Source: Dehalococcoidia bacterium
Lineage (GTDB): Bacteria; Chloroflexota; Dehalococcoidia; Lucifugimonadales; UBA2985
DNA: 61,432 bases
Direction of reading: 5' to 3'
Assembly: GCA_963580875.1 (NCBI GenBank)
Contig: CAUZMC010000004.1
Coordinates: forward strand, 1-61,432
Each line of letters begins with the position of its first letter. Within the stretch, counting starts at the first letter, position 1. Below are positions 39,914 to 49,046 of the stretch, in pieces. The position numbers were made by a program, and so were the translations under genes. A model generated the notes under the pieces. The model did not search any database. It saw only the letters and a program-made list of their open reading frames with translations, and was not told where the DNA came from.

Positions 39914-41557
39914 TTACTCTACGGATACGATGTAAGTATAATGTGACTGTCCTCCAAAGACCACCTCAACCTCTGCACTTGGGAAACGTGATCGGATTGC
40001 ATCGGCTGTCTCATCGACCTCGTTTTGATGGATATCTGCACCCCAGTAGAGTGTGATAAGAGACTCATCTTCTGGAGCGGCTTTAGCTATAAGGTCCAGT
40101 ATCACGGTCGTACGATTATCTCCTGTCACAACCATCTGGCTTTCCAGAAGGCCCATGGTCTGGTTTTTGGTTACCTTTATGCCTCCAAGCTCCGCATCAC
40201 GCTGTGCAATGCATATTGCTCCGGAAACTACATCTGAGATGGCTTTTGTCATGGCTGATACGTTGACCTCGAATTCCCGTTGAGGGTTGAATGCCAGAAG
40301 GGCCGCGATCCCCTGAGGGATTGTTTTGGACGGTATCACAGTTATTGGCCTAGTGGAGAAAGATGCAGCCTGCTTTGCCGCAGGCATTATATTGGAGTTG
40401 TTGGGAAGAATGATAATACGCTCGGCGGTGATGTCTTCCGCAGCTGTGAGGATTTCCTGAGTGCTTGGGTTCATGGTGTCTCCTCCTAGTAACACTGAGG
40501 AAGCTCCAGAATCTAGGAATAAGTCCATTATGCCCTGACCTAAGCCCACTGCTAATACCCCCACGGGCTGAATCTTCTGTTTACGCCTGCGTGCTGCAAT
40601 GAACTCCTGGTGCTGCTCATCCATGTTTACAATGCTCACCTCGGAGATAGTGCCTCTGGTCACAGCGTAGCTGAGCACTGGGCCGGGATCATTGGCGTGG
40701 ACGTGTACTCTTATTAGGGTATCTTCTCCGACTACAACTGTTGAGGTTGCAATGGATTGCATGTTGTCTCTCACTGCATCGGCGTCCAATGCCTCTCCCG
40801 ATATGAGGAACTGGGTGCAGTATCCATAGAGATAATCTTCTGTGGATACTATAAATGACTCGCTGATGCTATGTAGGTCTGAATTCATTTCAGGGGCGGT
40901 TAGTTCTATTCCTTCGGGCTCCTCTCCTCTGAGGCCCTTGAGGGCTCCCTCTAACAGGACTGATAGTCCCTGGCCCCCGGCATCGACTACTCCAGCCTCA
41001 CGCAATATTGGTAGGAGAGATGGAGTCTTGAGCACAGCTTTCCTGGCGGCCAGGCACATGGTTTCCCATAGTGCCAAAATGTTATCGTTGGCTCCAATAT
41101 GTGCCTGCGCGGCCTCGGAAATTTCTCGAATAACGGTGAGCATTGTGCCTTCTACTGGGTTGCCTACTGCCTTATAGGCCGCTGTAGTAGCTTCTGTCAG
41201 CCCAAGTGTCAGCGCCTGGCAATCGAAATCACTTTTGCCATCCAGACCTTTGGATAGTCCTTGGAAGAACTGGGCTAGGATTACACCGCTGTTTCCACGG
41301 GCTCCCATGAGCGCTCCGCGGGCCATGGTAGCAATCAGTCGTGAATCAGGAATGTCTGTGTCCTTGGACGTCTCGGCTTCCATTGCCATCATGGTCAACA
41401 GCATGTTAGTGCCTGTGTCCCCGTCTGGAACTGGAAAGACGTTGAGGGCGTTGATAGCTTCAACGTGGGTCGCAAGTGCCTTGCGACCCTGGGAAAGGAT
41501 GTGCACTAACTCATGGGCGTTCAGGGAATGTATTACCGGTTTCGAATCTTTTGTCAT
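39914..41557 (-). CDS. DAK2 domain-containing protein (YloV family)
   Basis: 547 aa, N-terminal Dak2 motif (VFPVPDGDTGTNM) and YloV-type C-terminal domain. Conserved neighbourhood with recG and rpmB. Confidence 0.88.
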   Translation of the reverse strand: MTKDSKPVIHSLNAHELVHILSQGRKALATHVEAINALNVFPVPDGDTGTNMLLTMMAMEAETSKDTDIPDSRLIATMARGALMGARGNSGVILAQFFQGLSKGLDGKSDFDCQALTLGLTEATTAAYKAVGNPVEGTMLTVIREISEAAQAHIGANDNILALWETMCLAARKAVLKTPSLLPILREAGVVDAGGQGLSVLLEGALKGLRGEEPEGIELTAPEMNSDLHSISESFIVSTEDYLYGYCTQFLISGEALDADAVRDNMQSIATSTVVVGEDTLIRVHVHANDPGPVLSYAVTRGTISEVSIVNMDEQHQEFIAARRRKQKIQPVGVLAVGLGQGIMDLFLDSGASSVLLGGDTMNPSTQEILTAAEDITAERIIILPNNSNIMPAAKQAASFSTRPITVIPSKTIPQGIAALLAFNPQREFEVNVSAMTKAISDVVSGAICIAQRDAELGGIKVTKNQTMGLLESQMVVTGDNRTTVILDLIAKAAPEDESLITLYWGADIHQNEVDETADAIRSRFPSAEVEVVFGGQSHYTYIVSVE

Positions 41558-41738
41558 ATGCAGTTACTCATGTCACGGCTATGATGGCTTCTGTTATTGC
41601 CAAAGTCATCGTCATCTGATAATCTGGATCCCTGGATTCTACTTAATCCGCAGACATGCGTCAAAGTGACAAATATATTGTAGTTCACTGGTTGACTGTA
41701 TTTATAGTACAAGATCAACTGGAACGAAGAGGAAATAA

Positions 41739-41936
41739 ATGGCCAAGTGTCAATTGTGTAGTAAAGTAGGGCACGCAGGGAACAACGTGAGTCATTCCAA
41801 GCGTAGGACCAAAACTAGATTCATGCCAAATATCCAACGGGCTACACTCATAATAGATGGTAGCCCCCGTAGGCTAGCACTGTGCACACGTTGCCTTCGT
41901 ACCAGCAACAAAGTACCCAAAATAACTGGTGCTTAG
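41739..41936 (+). CDS. rpmB: 50S ribosomal protein L28 (Cys form)
   Basis: 65 aa, MAKCQLC.K....GNNVSHS.RRTK..F.PN.Q. Confidence 0.93.
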   Translation: MAKCQLCSKVGHAGNNVSHSKRRTKTRFMPNIQRATLIIDGSPRRLALCTRCLRTSNKVPKITGA

Positions 41937-42847
41937 ATAGCTGATTCTGCGTCTATGTTGCCTAAACCTTCTGAAGTAGTCTTTTTTGACTGTAAGTTAG
42001 CTTCGGAGTCGCTCTCCTCCACAGTCGATGTTTGTTTTGGAGTGCATTTTCTAGCAGTTGTTATGAACCCGGTGTGAGCTACCATGCGATGTACAGGCCT
42101 CACGCTGCGATGCGTGACAGACCACGGTCTGATAAACACCTCAATTGTCTCCATGAGTTCAAAGTGCGGACTTTCCATGAGTGTCTCATGTAGCTGATGT
42201 ACTTGTAGAATAGTTGGCAGGTAGCTTAAGAAAATCCCTCCAGGTACCAATGCGATTGCGGCCTTCTGAACCACGTGCCATGGCTCAGGAACGTCCAATA
42301 TGATTCGATCCAGATTAGTCTGGTCTATGTCATGGTAGACATCTTTGATATGTATTTCCAGGTTTGACAAGTTCGGGAGCATGTTTCCTATGTTTGCCCG
42401 GGCTTTTCCCACCAGCTCCGGCCTTATCTCGAAGGTGATTACCTTGCCGTTGTCTCCAACTGCCCTCAGAAGTGCCATGGTGAGGGCACCAGATCCCAAG
42501 CCTGACTCCAAGACTGTAGCGCCTGGGAATATGTCCCCATACATTAATATGGCGCCAAGGTCTTTGGCGTATATAACTTGGGTTGAATGGGGCATTTCTT
42601 CGACGTAATCTCCCAAGGTCGGTAAAAAGGCCAGAAACATTTGGCCGTTGGTCGTATACAGACGTGTGCCGATATCCTGACCGATTATGTCGTCATGAGA
42701 TATTATGCCCATGTGAGTGTGGAATGATCCAGAAGGCGACAGTGTAATAAGATATCGACGCTCGCGTCTGTCGACTAGTAGAGCAGCATCACCTTCTGCG
42801 AACTTGTGTCGCCCAGTTGACGTGTTTGCGCGCATATCTGTTGACAT
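41933..42847 (-). CDS. trmI: tRNA (adenine-N1)-methyltransferase (TrmI/Gcd14 family) with acidic C-terminal tail
   Basis: F.EGD..LL.......YL..L, then a SAM-binding motif (VLESGLGSGALT). The start is probably ATG 42847 or 42835 rather than the track start 42961. Confidence 0.82.
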   Translation of the reverse strand: MSTDMRANTSTGRHKFAEGDAALLVDRRERRYLITLSPSGSFHTHMGIISHDDIIGQDIGTRLYTTNGQMFLAFLPTLGDYVEEMPHSTQVIYAKDLGAILMYGDIFPGATVLESGLGSGALTMALLRAVGDNGKVITFEIRPELVGKARANIGNMLPNLSNLEIHIKDVYHDIDQTNLDRIILDVPEPWHVVQKAAIALVPGGIFLSYLPTILQVHQLHETLMESPHFELMETIEVFIRPWSVTHRSVRPVHRMVAHTGFITTARKCTPKQTSTVEESDSEANLQSKKTTSEGLGNIDAESAI

Positions 42848-42982
42848 GTGGGTATTGTATGGCGAAGGATGTTGCAGCGCAAACCGGCTCAGTACAAAGA
42901 GCTGAGAGTTTGAAATAAGGAAACAGCCCCATCTCAGATAGATCGATGGGGCTGTTTCCAAAGCCTGGTATTAAAATGGCCT

Positions 42983-43441
42983 CTAGAGTTTATCAATCTC
43001 CTCTAGGATTTCCTTTGGGTCAGGAAGACCTTCGGTGAAGATCTTCTTGAACCTTATCACTCCTTTTTTGTCTACAATTATTACGGCTCGCCTGGTGGTT
43101 CCTCGTTCTTCGTTGTAGATACCGAAGAGTTCTGACACTTGTCCCTTGGGATGGAAGTCCGACAATAGCGGGTACGGAATATTTCCCAATCCGGTGGCGA
43201 AAGCCCTCTGAGTAGCGACGTTGTCAACGCTCATGCCCAGAACCTGGGCACCCTTCTCCTCGTACCGGCGGTTCTCCTGCCGGAATCCGGAGCACTGGTG
43301 CGTTCAACCTCCTGTGAAAGACGCTATGTGGGTCTGTATGACGACTATCTTCTCTCCCAGATACTGGCTGAGTGTAACATCTTCCCCAGTGTGAGAACGT
43401 AGAGTGAAATCTGGTGCCTTGTCTCCTACATCTGCTGGCAT
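42983..43441 (-). CDS. peroxiredoxin (AhpC/TSA-BCP family), putative selenoprotein with in-frame UGA at the peroxidatic position
   Basis: ATG 43441 (GGAGG 6 nt upstream) opens a 152-codon frame, MPADVGDKAPDFTLRSHTGEDVTLSQYLGEKIVVIQTHIASFTGG[TGA]THQCSGFRQENRRYEEKGAQVLGMSVDN...LLSDFHPKG... The only stop is TGA at 43304-43306. It is in frame with track ORF 42983-43234. Confidence 0.6.
43265..43283 (-). promoter_or_regulatory. candidate bacterial SECIS-like hairpin downstream of the in-frame UGA
   Basis: On the mRNA, CCGGC-AGGAGAACC-GCCGG (5-bp stem, 9-nt loop with G at the second loop position) starts 21 nt after the UGA. An alternative small hairpin CCGG-AUU-CCGG lies 5-prime of it. Hand-folded only. 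Confidence 0.3.
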
Positions 43442-43692
43442 ATATACCTCCTGAAATTCCCAGTCCTAGTATAGCCTAAAATGTGTATTTTTGAACGGTT
43501 TCTATATTTGCGCACGTGATATATGTTAAGAATGTTGTTTGCTGTGGTGGTTTTGCAAGGCCGCGTGATGTTCTGTCTATGATTGTGATAATGATGAGGA
43601 TAGCGGCACTGCCGTATTCGCGATGTGAATATAACGTTATGTGTTATAATTTATACTAGTTTTTGTTGTTAGCTTAGATATTTGGAGTGATC

Positions 43693-44814
43693 ATGGAAGA
43701 AGTTTTCAAAGAAGCGTTAAATTTGTTGAACAAGGGTGAGCCATTTGTGATAGCCACAGTGATCGGGACCAAGGGTTCGACTCCTCAGAAACCCGGAGCC
43801 AAACTTTTGGTGCGTGAGGATGGCACGGGCGTTGGTACTCTTGGTGGCGGATGCGTGGAAGGAGATATATGGTTTGCTGCCAGCAGACTCTTGAAAGACG
43901 GCGGCGAGCCTACTCTCACTGATTACGAATTAAATGAAGATATCGCTGCAAGGGAAGGGCTGGTATGTGGCGGTACCATGTATTTTTTAATTGACCCAGT
44001 ATTTGATCCGGCATCAGCTCTACAGCCTATAAGCAACATTGTTGGTGCTTATGATGGGAGCCGCAGCGTGGGTCAAGTTACGCTTCTGAAGCCTTCCCTG
44101 GATAAGGGTAAGATAGGCGACAAACTCTATATTGGAGAGAATGGACAGATCAAGGGATCTGTGGGAGACCTTAATCGCGATAAAGAAGTGGCCGAGGCTC
44201 TTAAAGAACTTACCGACTACGGTAGGGTCAAGACCATGGTCACGCAGGATGGTGCCGAGGTCTTCATGGAGGGTTACGCTAAGCCAGCCGCAGTAATAAT
44301 TGCCGGTGGAGGGCATATAGGCAAGTCACTGGCTCCCTTGGTCAAGATGCTTGGTATGCGTCTGCATATTATAGACGACCGACCGGAGTTCGCAAACAAG
44401 GAACGGTTTCCCGAAGCCGATAGTATTATTGTGGCGGATTATGCCGCGGGTGTGGCTCAACTGGATATTCGCCCCAATAGCGCGGTGATTGTGGCCACCA
44501 GGGGGCATCGTGAAGACGATCGAGCCTTAGAAGCTGCTGTCCGTAGCCCCGCTGGCTATGTGGGTTTGGTTGGTAGCCGACGTAAGACCGTTTTGATTTA
44601 CGAGGAGCTTCTTCAGCATGGCATTCCCATGGAGAGGCTCCGGGCTGTTCATGCGCCTATTGGTCTGGACATTGGAGCCAAGACACCGGAGGAGATTGCG
44701 CTGAGCATTGTTGCAGAGATTGTGGCTTTCCGTGAGGGACGTCCCGGTAAGACACTGACCATGGAGGACAGGTACCTCCAGAAGATAGCCCAAAAAGTCG
44801 GGGTCCCAGCATAA
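43693..44814 (+). CDS. XdhC/CoxI-family molybdoenzyme maturation protein
   Basis: N-terminal XdhC_CoxI pattern (ATVIGTKGSTPQKPGAKLLV...GGGCVEG) and C-terminal Rossmann-like domain (IIAGGGHIG...). Confidence 0.85.
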   Translation: MEEVFKEALNLLNKGEPFVIATVIGTKGSTPQKPGAKLLVREDGTGVGTLGGGCVEGDIWFAASRLLKDGGEPTLTDYELNEDIAAREGLVCGGTMYFLIDPVFDPASALQPISNIVGAYDGSRSVGQVTLLKPSLDKGKIGDKLYIGENGQIKGSVGDLNRDKEVAEALKELTDYGRVKTMVTQDGAEVFMEGYAKPAAVIIAGGGHIGKSLAPLVKMLGMRLHIIDDRPEFANKERFPEADSIIVADYAAGVAQLDIRPNSAVIVATRGHREDDRALEAAVRSPAGYVGLVGSRRKTVLIYEELLQHGIPMERLRAVHAPIGLDIGAKTPEEIALSIVAEIVAFREGRPGKTLTMEDRYLQKIAQKVGVPA

Positions 44815-44821
44815 TACGCAG

Positions 44822-45427
44822 GTGATGGACGGTATATCCGCTATCCTCTTGGCTGCTGGGGAATCCACTCGCATGGGTCGACTCAAGGCACTTTTGCCAT
44901 GGCTGGGCTCGACATTGGTTGAGTATCAGGTTAAGTCTCTTCAGATGGCTGGAGTCGCCGAGGTGGTGATGGTCGTAGGCCATCGTGGAGAAGAGGTGGA
45001 AGCGCCGGTGAAGGGAATGTCTGGAGTGACGGCTGTGGCCAACTCGGACTATAAACAAGGTAAAGCCACCTCAATAAAGGTTGGCTTACGGAATATTTCC
45101 ATGTCAGCTCAAGGAATCCTAATCCTTGCAGTAGATCAGCCACGGCCTGCTCAGATTGTGGAGTCGGTCATCAAAGCTTATTTGGAGTATGACGCTCTGA
45201 TTACCTGCCCAGTGTATGACGGCCACAGAGGCCATCCCATCATATTTTCTTCAAGTCTGCTACCTGATCTTCTAGCTATCACCGAAGAGGGACAGGGTTT
45301 GAGGGAGGTTATCAGCCGCTATAGTGAGAATACTCACCGCCTTGAGGTGGACAATCCCATTGTGACGGTGGACGTCAACTCGCCTAAAGACCTTCAGAAT
45401 GCTGAGGAGTTGTTTGTTGGCATGTAG
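44822..45427 (+). CDS. MobA/MocA-like nucleotidyltransferase (molybdenum cofactor cytidylyl/guanylyl-transferase family)
   Basis: 201 aa, ILLAAGESTRMG..KALLPW signature. Confidence 0.82.
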   Translation: MMDGISAILLAAGESTRMGRLKALLPWLGSTLVEYQVKSLQMAGVAEVVMVVGHRGEEVEAPVKGMSGVTAVANSDYKQGKATSIKVGLRNISMSAQGILILAVDQPRPAQIVESVIKAYLEYDALITCPVYDGHRGHPIIFSSSLLPDLLAITEEGQGLREVISRYSENTHRLEVDNPIVTVDVNSPKDLQNAEELFVGM

Positions 45428-45487
45428 CTGTTTGACGGTTTAGGTAAGTCTTATCTTACACTTTTCACTATTCCTAGCGACGGTAAT

Positions 45488-46681
45488 TTAGATAGCCATA
45501 TTTTCCCTTAGGGCAACGATCTCATTTTCATTCAAGCCAAGCATATCCTTCAGTACTTGGGCTGTATGTTCTCCAAGGTCTGGAGAAGGACGCTTGGCTC
45601 CCCCTGGTGTTCTGGATAACTTCACTGGGGTGTCTACCATCTTCACCTTGCCAAGACGTGGATGAGGTATATCTTTGATCATTCCACGATAATGTATCTG
45701 AGGGTTACGTGAAGCCTCTTCGATGGTGTTCACAGGTCCGCACGGAATAGCTAGGGCTTCCAGCTCTGTCAACCACTGCTGGCTGGTTTTCTTTCTTATG
45801 GCCTCTGCGAGTATCGGCTCCAGAATATCCCATTGCTGACTGCGTACCCAGCCATCATTAAAGCGGGAGTCATCTATGAGCTCAATGAGGTCAAGGGCCG
45901 AGCACAATAGAGGCCATTTCTCCTTACGCCCGTCGGCAAGGGCTATGGTAATGTAACCATCGCTAGTCTGAAATGCCTGAAAAGGAGCTGTAACTGGATG
46001 CCTTGTGCCTAGGGGTTTTGGGACATCTCCCGTGGTGAAGTATCTAGTGAAGGCGTTTTCCAGAATGGCTACCTGACAGTCCAGCATACTTATATCTACC
46101 ATTTGACCGAGTCCACTACGATTGCGCTCTTGCAGGGCAGCCAGAATGCCTATGATAGAGAAGAGACCGGCCGTGATGTCGCCCTGAGAGACGCCTGGGC
46201 GTATGGGCGGGCCATCTGGCTCCCCGGTTATGCTCAAGACTCCTGCCATTCCCTGGACGATTACGTCTAAGGCCGCTTTTGTGGAGTATGGACCGTTTTG
46301 TCCAAACCCAGATATAGCGGCATAAATAATAGCGGAGTTGTGTTGCTTTATGACTGGGTAATCCAGACCAAGCCTTTTCATGGCTCCTGGTACTAGGTTC
46401 TCTATGACGACATCGGCTTTAGCCACCATTTGCAGGAAAGTCTCCTTGCCTCTGGCATTGGAAAGGTCAAGGGTAATGCCAAGTTTACCCCTGTTGATGC
46501 TCATAAAATAGGAGCTTTCGCCATCTATAAATGGGCCACTGGCGCGTGCCCGATCTCCAATTTCAGGTTGCTCAATTTTTATGACCTGTGCTCCCATATC
46601 CGACAGTACCATAGTCGCAAATGGTCCAGCGAGTACGTGAGTAAGGTCAAGTACAACGATTCCATCCAATGGGCCAAGCAT
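45488..46681 (-). CDS. family III CoA-transferase (CaiB/BaiF family)
   Basis: MLGPLDGIVVLDLTHVLAGPF...GA.VIKIE signature. ATG 46681 has GAGGAG upstream. The track start at 46753 is probably too long. Confidence 0.9.
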   Translation of the reverse strand: MLGPLDGIVVLDLTHVLAGPFATMVLSDMGAQVIKIEQPEIGDRARASGPFIDGESSYFMSINRGKLGITLDLSNARGKETFLQMVAKADVVIENLVPGAMKRLGLDYPVIKQHNSAIIYAAISGFGQNGPYSTKAALDVIVQGMAGVLSITGEPDGPPIRPGVSQGDITAGLFSIIGILAALQERNRSGLGQMVDISMLDCQVAILENAFTRYFTTGDVPKPLGTRHPVTAPFQAFQTSDGYITIALADGRKEKWPLLCSALDLIELIDDSRFNDGWVRSQQWDILEPILAEAIRKKTSQQWLTELEALAIPCGPVNTIEEASRNPQIHYRGMIKDIPHPRLGKVKMVDTPVKLSRTPGGAKRPSPDLGEHTAQVLKDMLGLNENEIVALRENMAI

Positions 46682-46782
46682 TGTTTTGCTCCTCAGTTGT
46701 TTTAGTGTATGCGTTGCAATATTAGCACTACTGGCTTTGCTGTAAAAGCTCAAAGAGGCCTGTTAGATAAGATTATGTCCAT

Positions 46783-46819
46783 ACTGAGAACAGTAGGGAT
46801 AGGTTATACTGTTCTCAGT
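46783..46819. repeat. 13-bp perfect inverted repeat (11-nt spacer) in the CoA-transferase/dnaJ divergent region
   Basis: ACTGAGAACAGTA (46783-46795), then gggataggtta, then TACTGTTCTCAGT (46807-46819). Confidence 0.9.
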
Positions 46820-46869
46820 TGTGATTATCAGCGTGGTTTCAGTAAGGATAATATCCGACAACATTAGAG

Positions 46870-46899
46870 TTGTGTCCTAGTCACGGCCTGGAATATAAT
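46870..46899 (+). promoter_or_regulatory. candidate promoter of dnaJ
   Basis: TTGTGT (46870-46875), 18-nt spacer, TATAAT (46894-46899), 35 nt upstream of the dnaJ ATG. Confidence 0.3.
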
Positions 46900-46933
46900 G
46901 TAATTTGGTGCACTGTATGGATGAATGTAGAAT

Positions 46934-48061
46934 ATGACCAACGAGAGAGATTACTATCAGGTTCTTGGTGTTCCTCGAGATGCTTCTCAGGATGATGTGA
47001 GAGCTAAGTTTCGTCGTTTGGCTTTGGAGAACCATCCGGACAGGAACAAAGATCTTAAAGCACAGGAGAAATTCAAAGAGATTAACTCTGCTTATCAGGT
47101 TCTCAGCGATCCTCAAAAAAGAGCACAGTATGACCGTTTTGGCCACATGGGAGGTGGAGGTGCACGCGGGTCGGGTCAGGGATTTGAGGGGCCTGAAAAC
47201 TTTGGAGGCTTTGGTGATGTCTTCGATGCCTTCTTTGGAGGCTTTGGTACGCGCGCTCATAAGGCCTCCCAGAACGGACGCGACATACATACTGCAACCT
47301 CTATATCATTTGAAGAATCCGTGTTTGGAGTGGATAAAGAGATGGATGTGGAGCGTGTAGAGCCATGCAGTATCTGTAAAGGTGTCGGTGCAGAACCCGG
47401 TAGTAATTCCACTCAGTGTTCTCACTGTAACGGCGTTGGCCAGGTTAAAAGAGTACAACGCAGTATCTTTGGTCAGTTCACTCAAGTGGGCCCATGTACT
47501 CATTGCAACGGAAATGGGAGCATTATAACCAACCCATGTTCTCATTGCCGCGGGGCTGCCCGCGAACGGCGAAACCGTAAGATCCGCGTGGATATTCCTC
47601 CGGGAGTTGAGGACGGCATGCAGGTTAGGCTGATGAGAGAAGGTGATGCCGGGAGTAACGGTGGCATGCCTGGTGATTTGTACATTGAACTTCAGGTGAA
47701 GCCTCACGATATCTTTTTTCGCAAAGACCATGATATATTGCTTGAGTTTCCAATAAATTTTGTACAGGCTGCGCTTGGAGACGAACTTGAGGTGCCCACT
47801 TTGAATGGTCCAGAGACAATACGCATCCCTGAAGGCACTCAATCTGGTACTGAGTTTCGCATAAAGGGTAAGGGTGTCCCTTATTCCGCTAAGGGGAGGC
47901 GTGGCGACCATCTGGTTGTTGTGAATGTAGTTACACCAAGGCAGTTGGATGAACATCAGCGACAACTGTTTACCAAGCTGGCGGAGACTATGAGTAATGG
48001 TTCCAAGGACGATAAGGGCTGGCTAAACAAGATCAAAGACGCTCTGTGTAAAGATTCTTGA
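46934..48061 (+). CDS. dnaJ: molecular chaperone DnaJ
   Basis: 375 aa. J-domain (DYYQVLGV...HPDRN), G/F region, four CxxCxGxG zinc-finger repeats. Confidence 0.96.
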   Translation: MTNERDYYQVLGVPRDASQDDVRAKFRRLALENHPDRNKDLKAQEKFKEINSAYQVLSDPQKRAQYDRFGHMGGGGARGSGQGFEGPENFGGFGDVFDAFFGGFGTRAHKASQNGRDIHTATSISFEESVFGVDKEMDVERVEPCSICKGVGAEPGSNSTQCSHCNGVGQVKRVQRSIFGQFTQVGPCTHCNGNGSIITNPCSHCRGAARERRNRKIRVDIPPGVEDGMQVRLMREGDAGSNGGMPGDLYIELQVKPHDIFFRKDHDILLEFPINFVQAALGDELEVPTLNGPETIRIPEGTQSGTEFRIKGKGVPYSAKGRRGDHLVVVNVVTPRQLDEHQRQLFTKLAETMSNGSKDDKGWLNKIKDALCKDS

Positions 48062-48136
48062 CACGCGTCTAGGGACCTTTAAGATTTGTTGTAACTTCGA
48101 TAATCTGTAACGTAAAATGAAACTAGTACTAAAAAT

Positions 48137-49036
48137 ATGAAATGGCTTGAGCTAAGTCTTCAGACACCCACGGAGTACGTTGAGCCTCTCTCTGTGATCT
48201 TTCAGCGCTATGGCTATGGAGGCGTGGCAGTGGAGGTGTTGGGTGGCTATAATCCGGATGAAGGTGAAACACAACCGGAAGATGCCATAGCCATCCTCCG
48301 TTCCTATCTCCCTGTTAATCGCACGACAGCGTCCCGTAAGGAGAAAATCGTCATAGCTGTGGATCTGATCTCACGCCTCTGCTCCCTTTCTCCCCTGGAG
48401 GAACGTGAGATGGAAGAAGGTGAGTGGATAGAGTTGTGGAAGAGCCATTTCACTATTTTGCATATGGGACGGATTGTCATTTGTCCGTCGTGGTTGGAGT
48501 ATGAGTCCAAGCCAGAAGAAGTTGTCATTGGCATGGACCCAGGAATGGCATTCGGCACGGGGCACCATCCCACTACGCACATGTGCCTCACAGAATTAGA
48601 GAAATTGGTGACACCAGGGATGAACGTGATGGACGTTGGAACAGGGTCTGGTATCCTGAGTATTGCGGCGGCCAAGCTGGGAGCAGCGCACGTTTTGGCT
48701 TTGGATATAGACCAGGACGCGATTAAGGCTACGCGGGCCAATGTTAAAATCAATGGTCTTCAGCGTGTGGTCAAGCTGCAACGCCGCACCATATCTCCTG
48801 AAGATAATATTGAGAATGAGTTTGATCTGGTTGTGGCTAACCTCTATACCAAGGTCATCTTGAGCATAGCGCCGACTTTGGTAGCCCAGCTTGCACCACA
48901 GGGGAACCTCGTGCTTTCAGGTATTCTGGCAGAGCGGGTGGGAGAGGTTGAGAGAAGCTTGGCGATGGAGGGATGTACCCTTCTTCGGATGGATCGTGAG
49001 GGTGATTGGGCTGTCTTGGTGGGAGTTAAGAACTAG
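48137..49036 (+). CDS. prmA: ribosomal protein L11 methyltransferase
   Basis: 299 aa, FGTGHHPTT and DVGTGSGILSIAA motifs. Conserved dnaJ-prmA-rsmE order. Confidence 0.9.
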   Translation: MKWLELSLQTPTEYVEPLSVIFQRYGYGGVAVEVLGGYNPDEGETQPEDAIAILRSYLPVNRTTASRKEKIVIAVDLISRLCSLSPLEEREMEEGEWIELWKSHFTILHMGRIVICPSWLEYESKPEEVVIGMDPGMAFGTGHHPTTHMCLTELEKLVTPGMNVMDVGTGSGILSIAAAKLGAAHVLALDIDQDAIKATRANVKINGLQRVVKLQRRTISPEDNIENEFDLVVANLYTKVILSIAPTLVAQLAPQGNLVLSGILAERVGEVERSLAMEGCTLLRMDREGDWAVLVGVKN

Positions 49037-49046
49037 GGGACAGGAA

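Noticed and set aside
46722-46750. CIRCE-like half-site TTAGCACTA upstream of dnaJ.
   Set aside because: No inverted partner (GAGTGCTAA) lies at 9-nt spacing or nearby. The site also lies far from the candidate dnaJ promoter.
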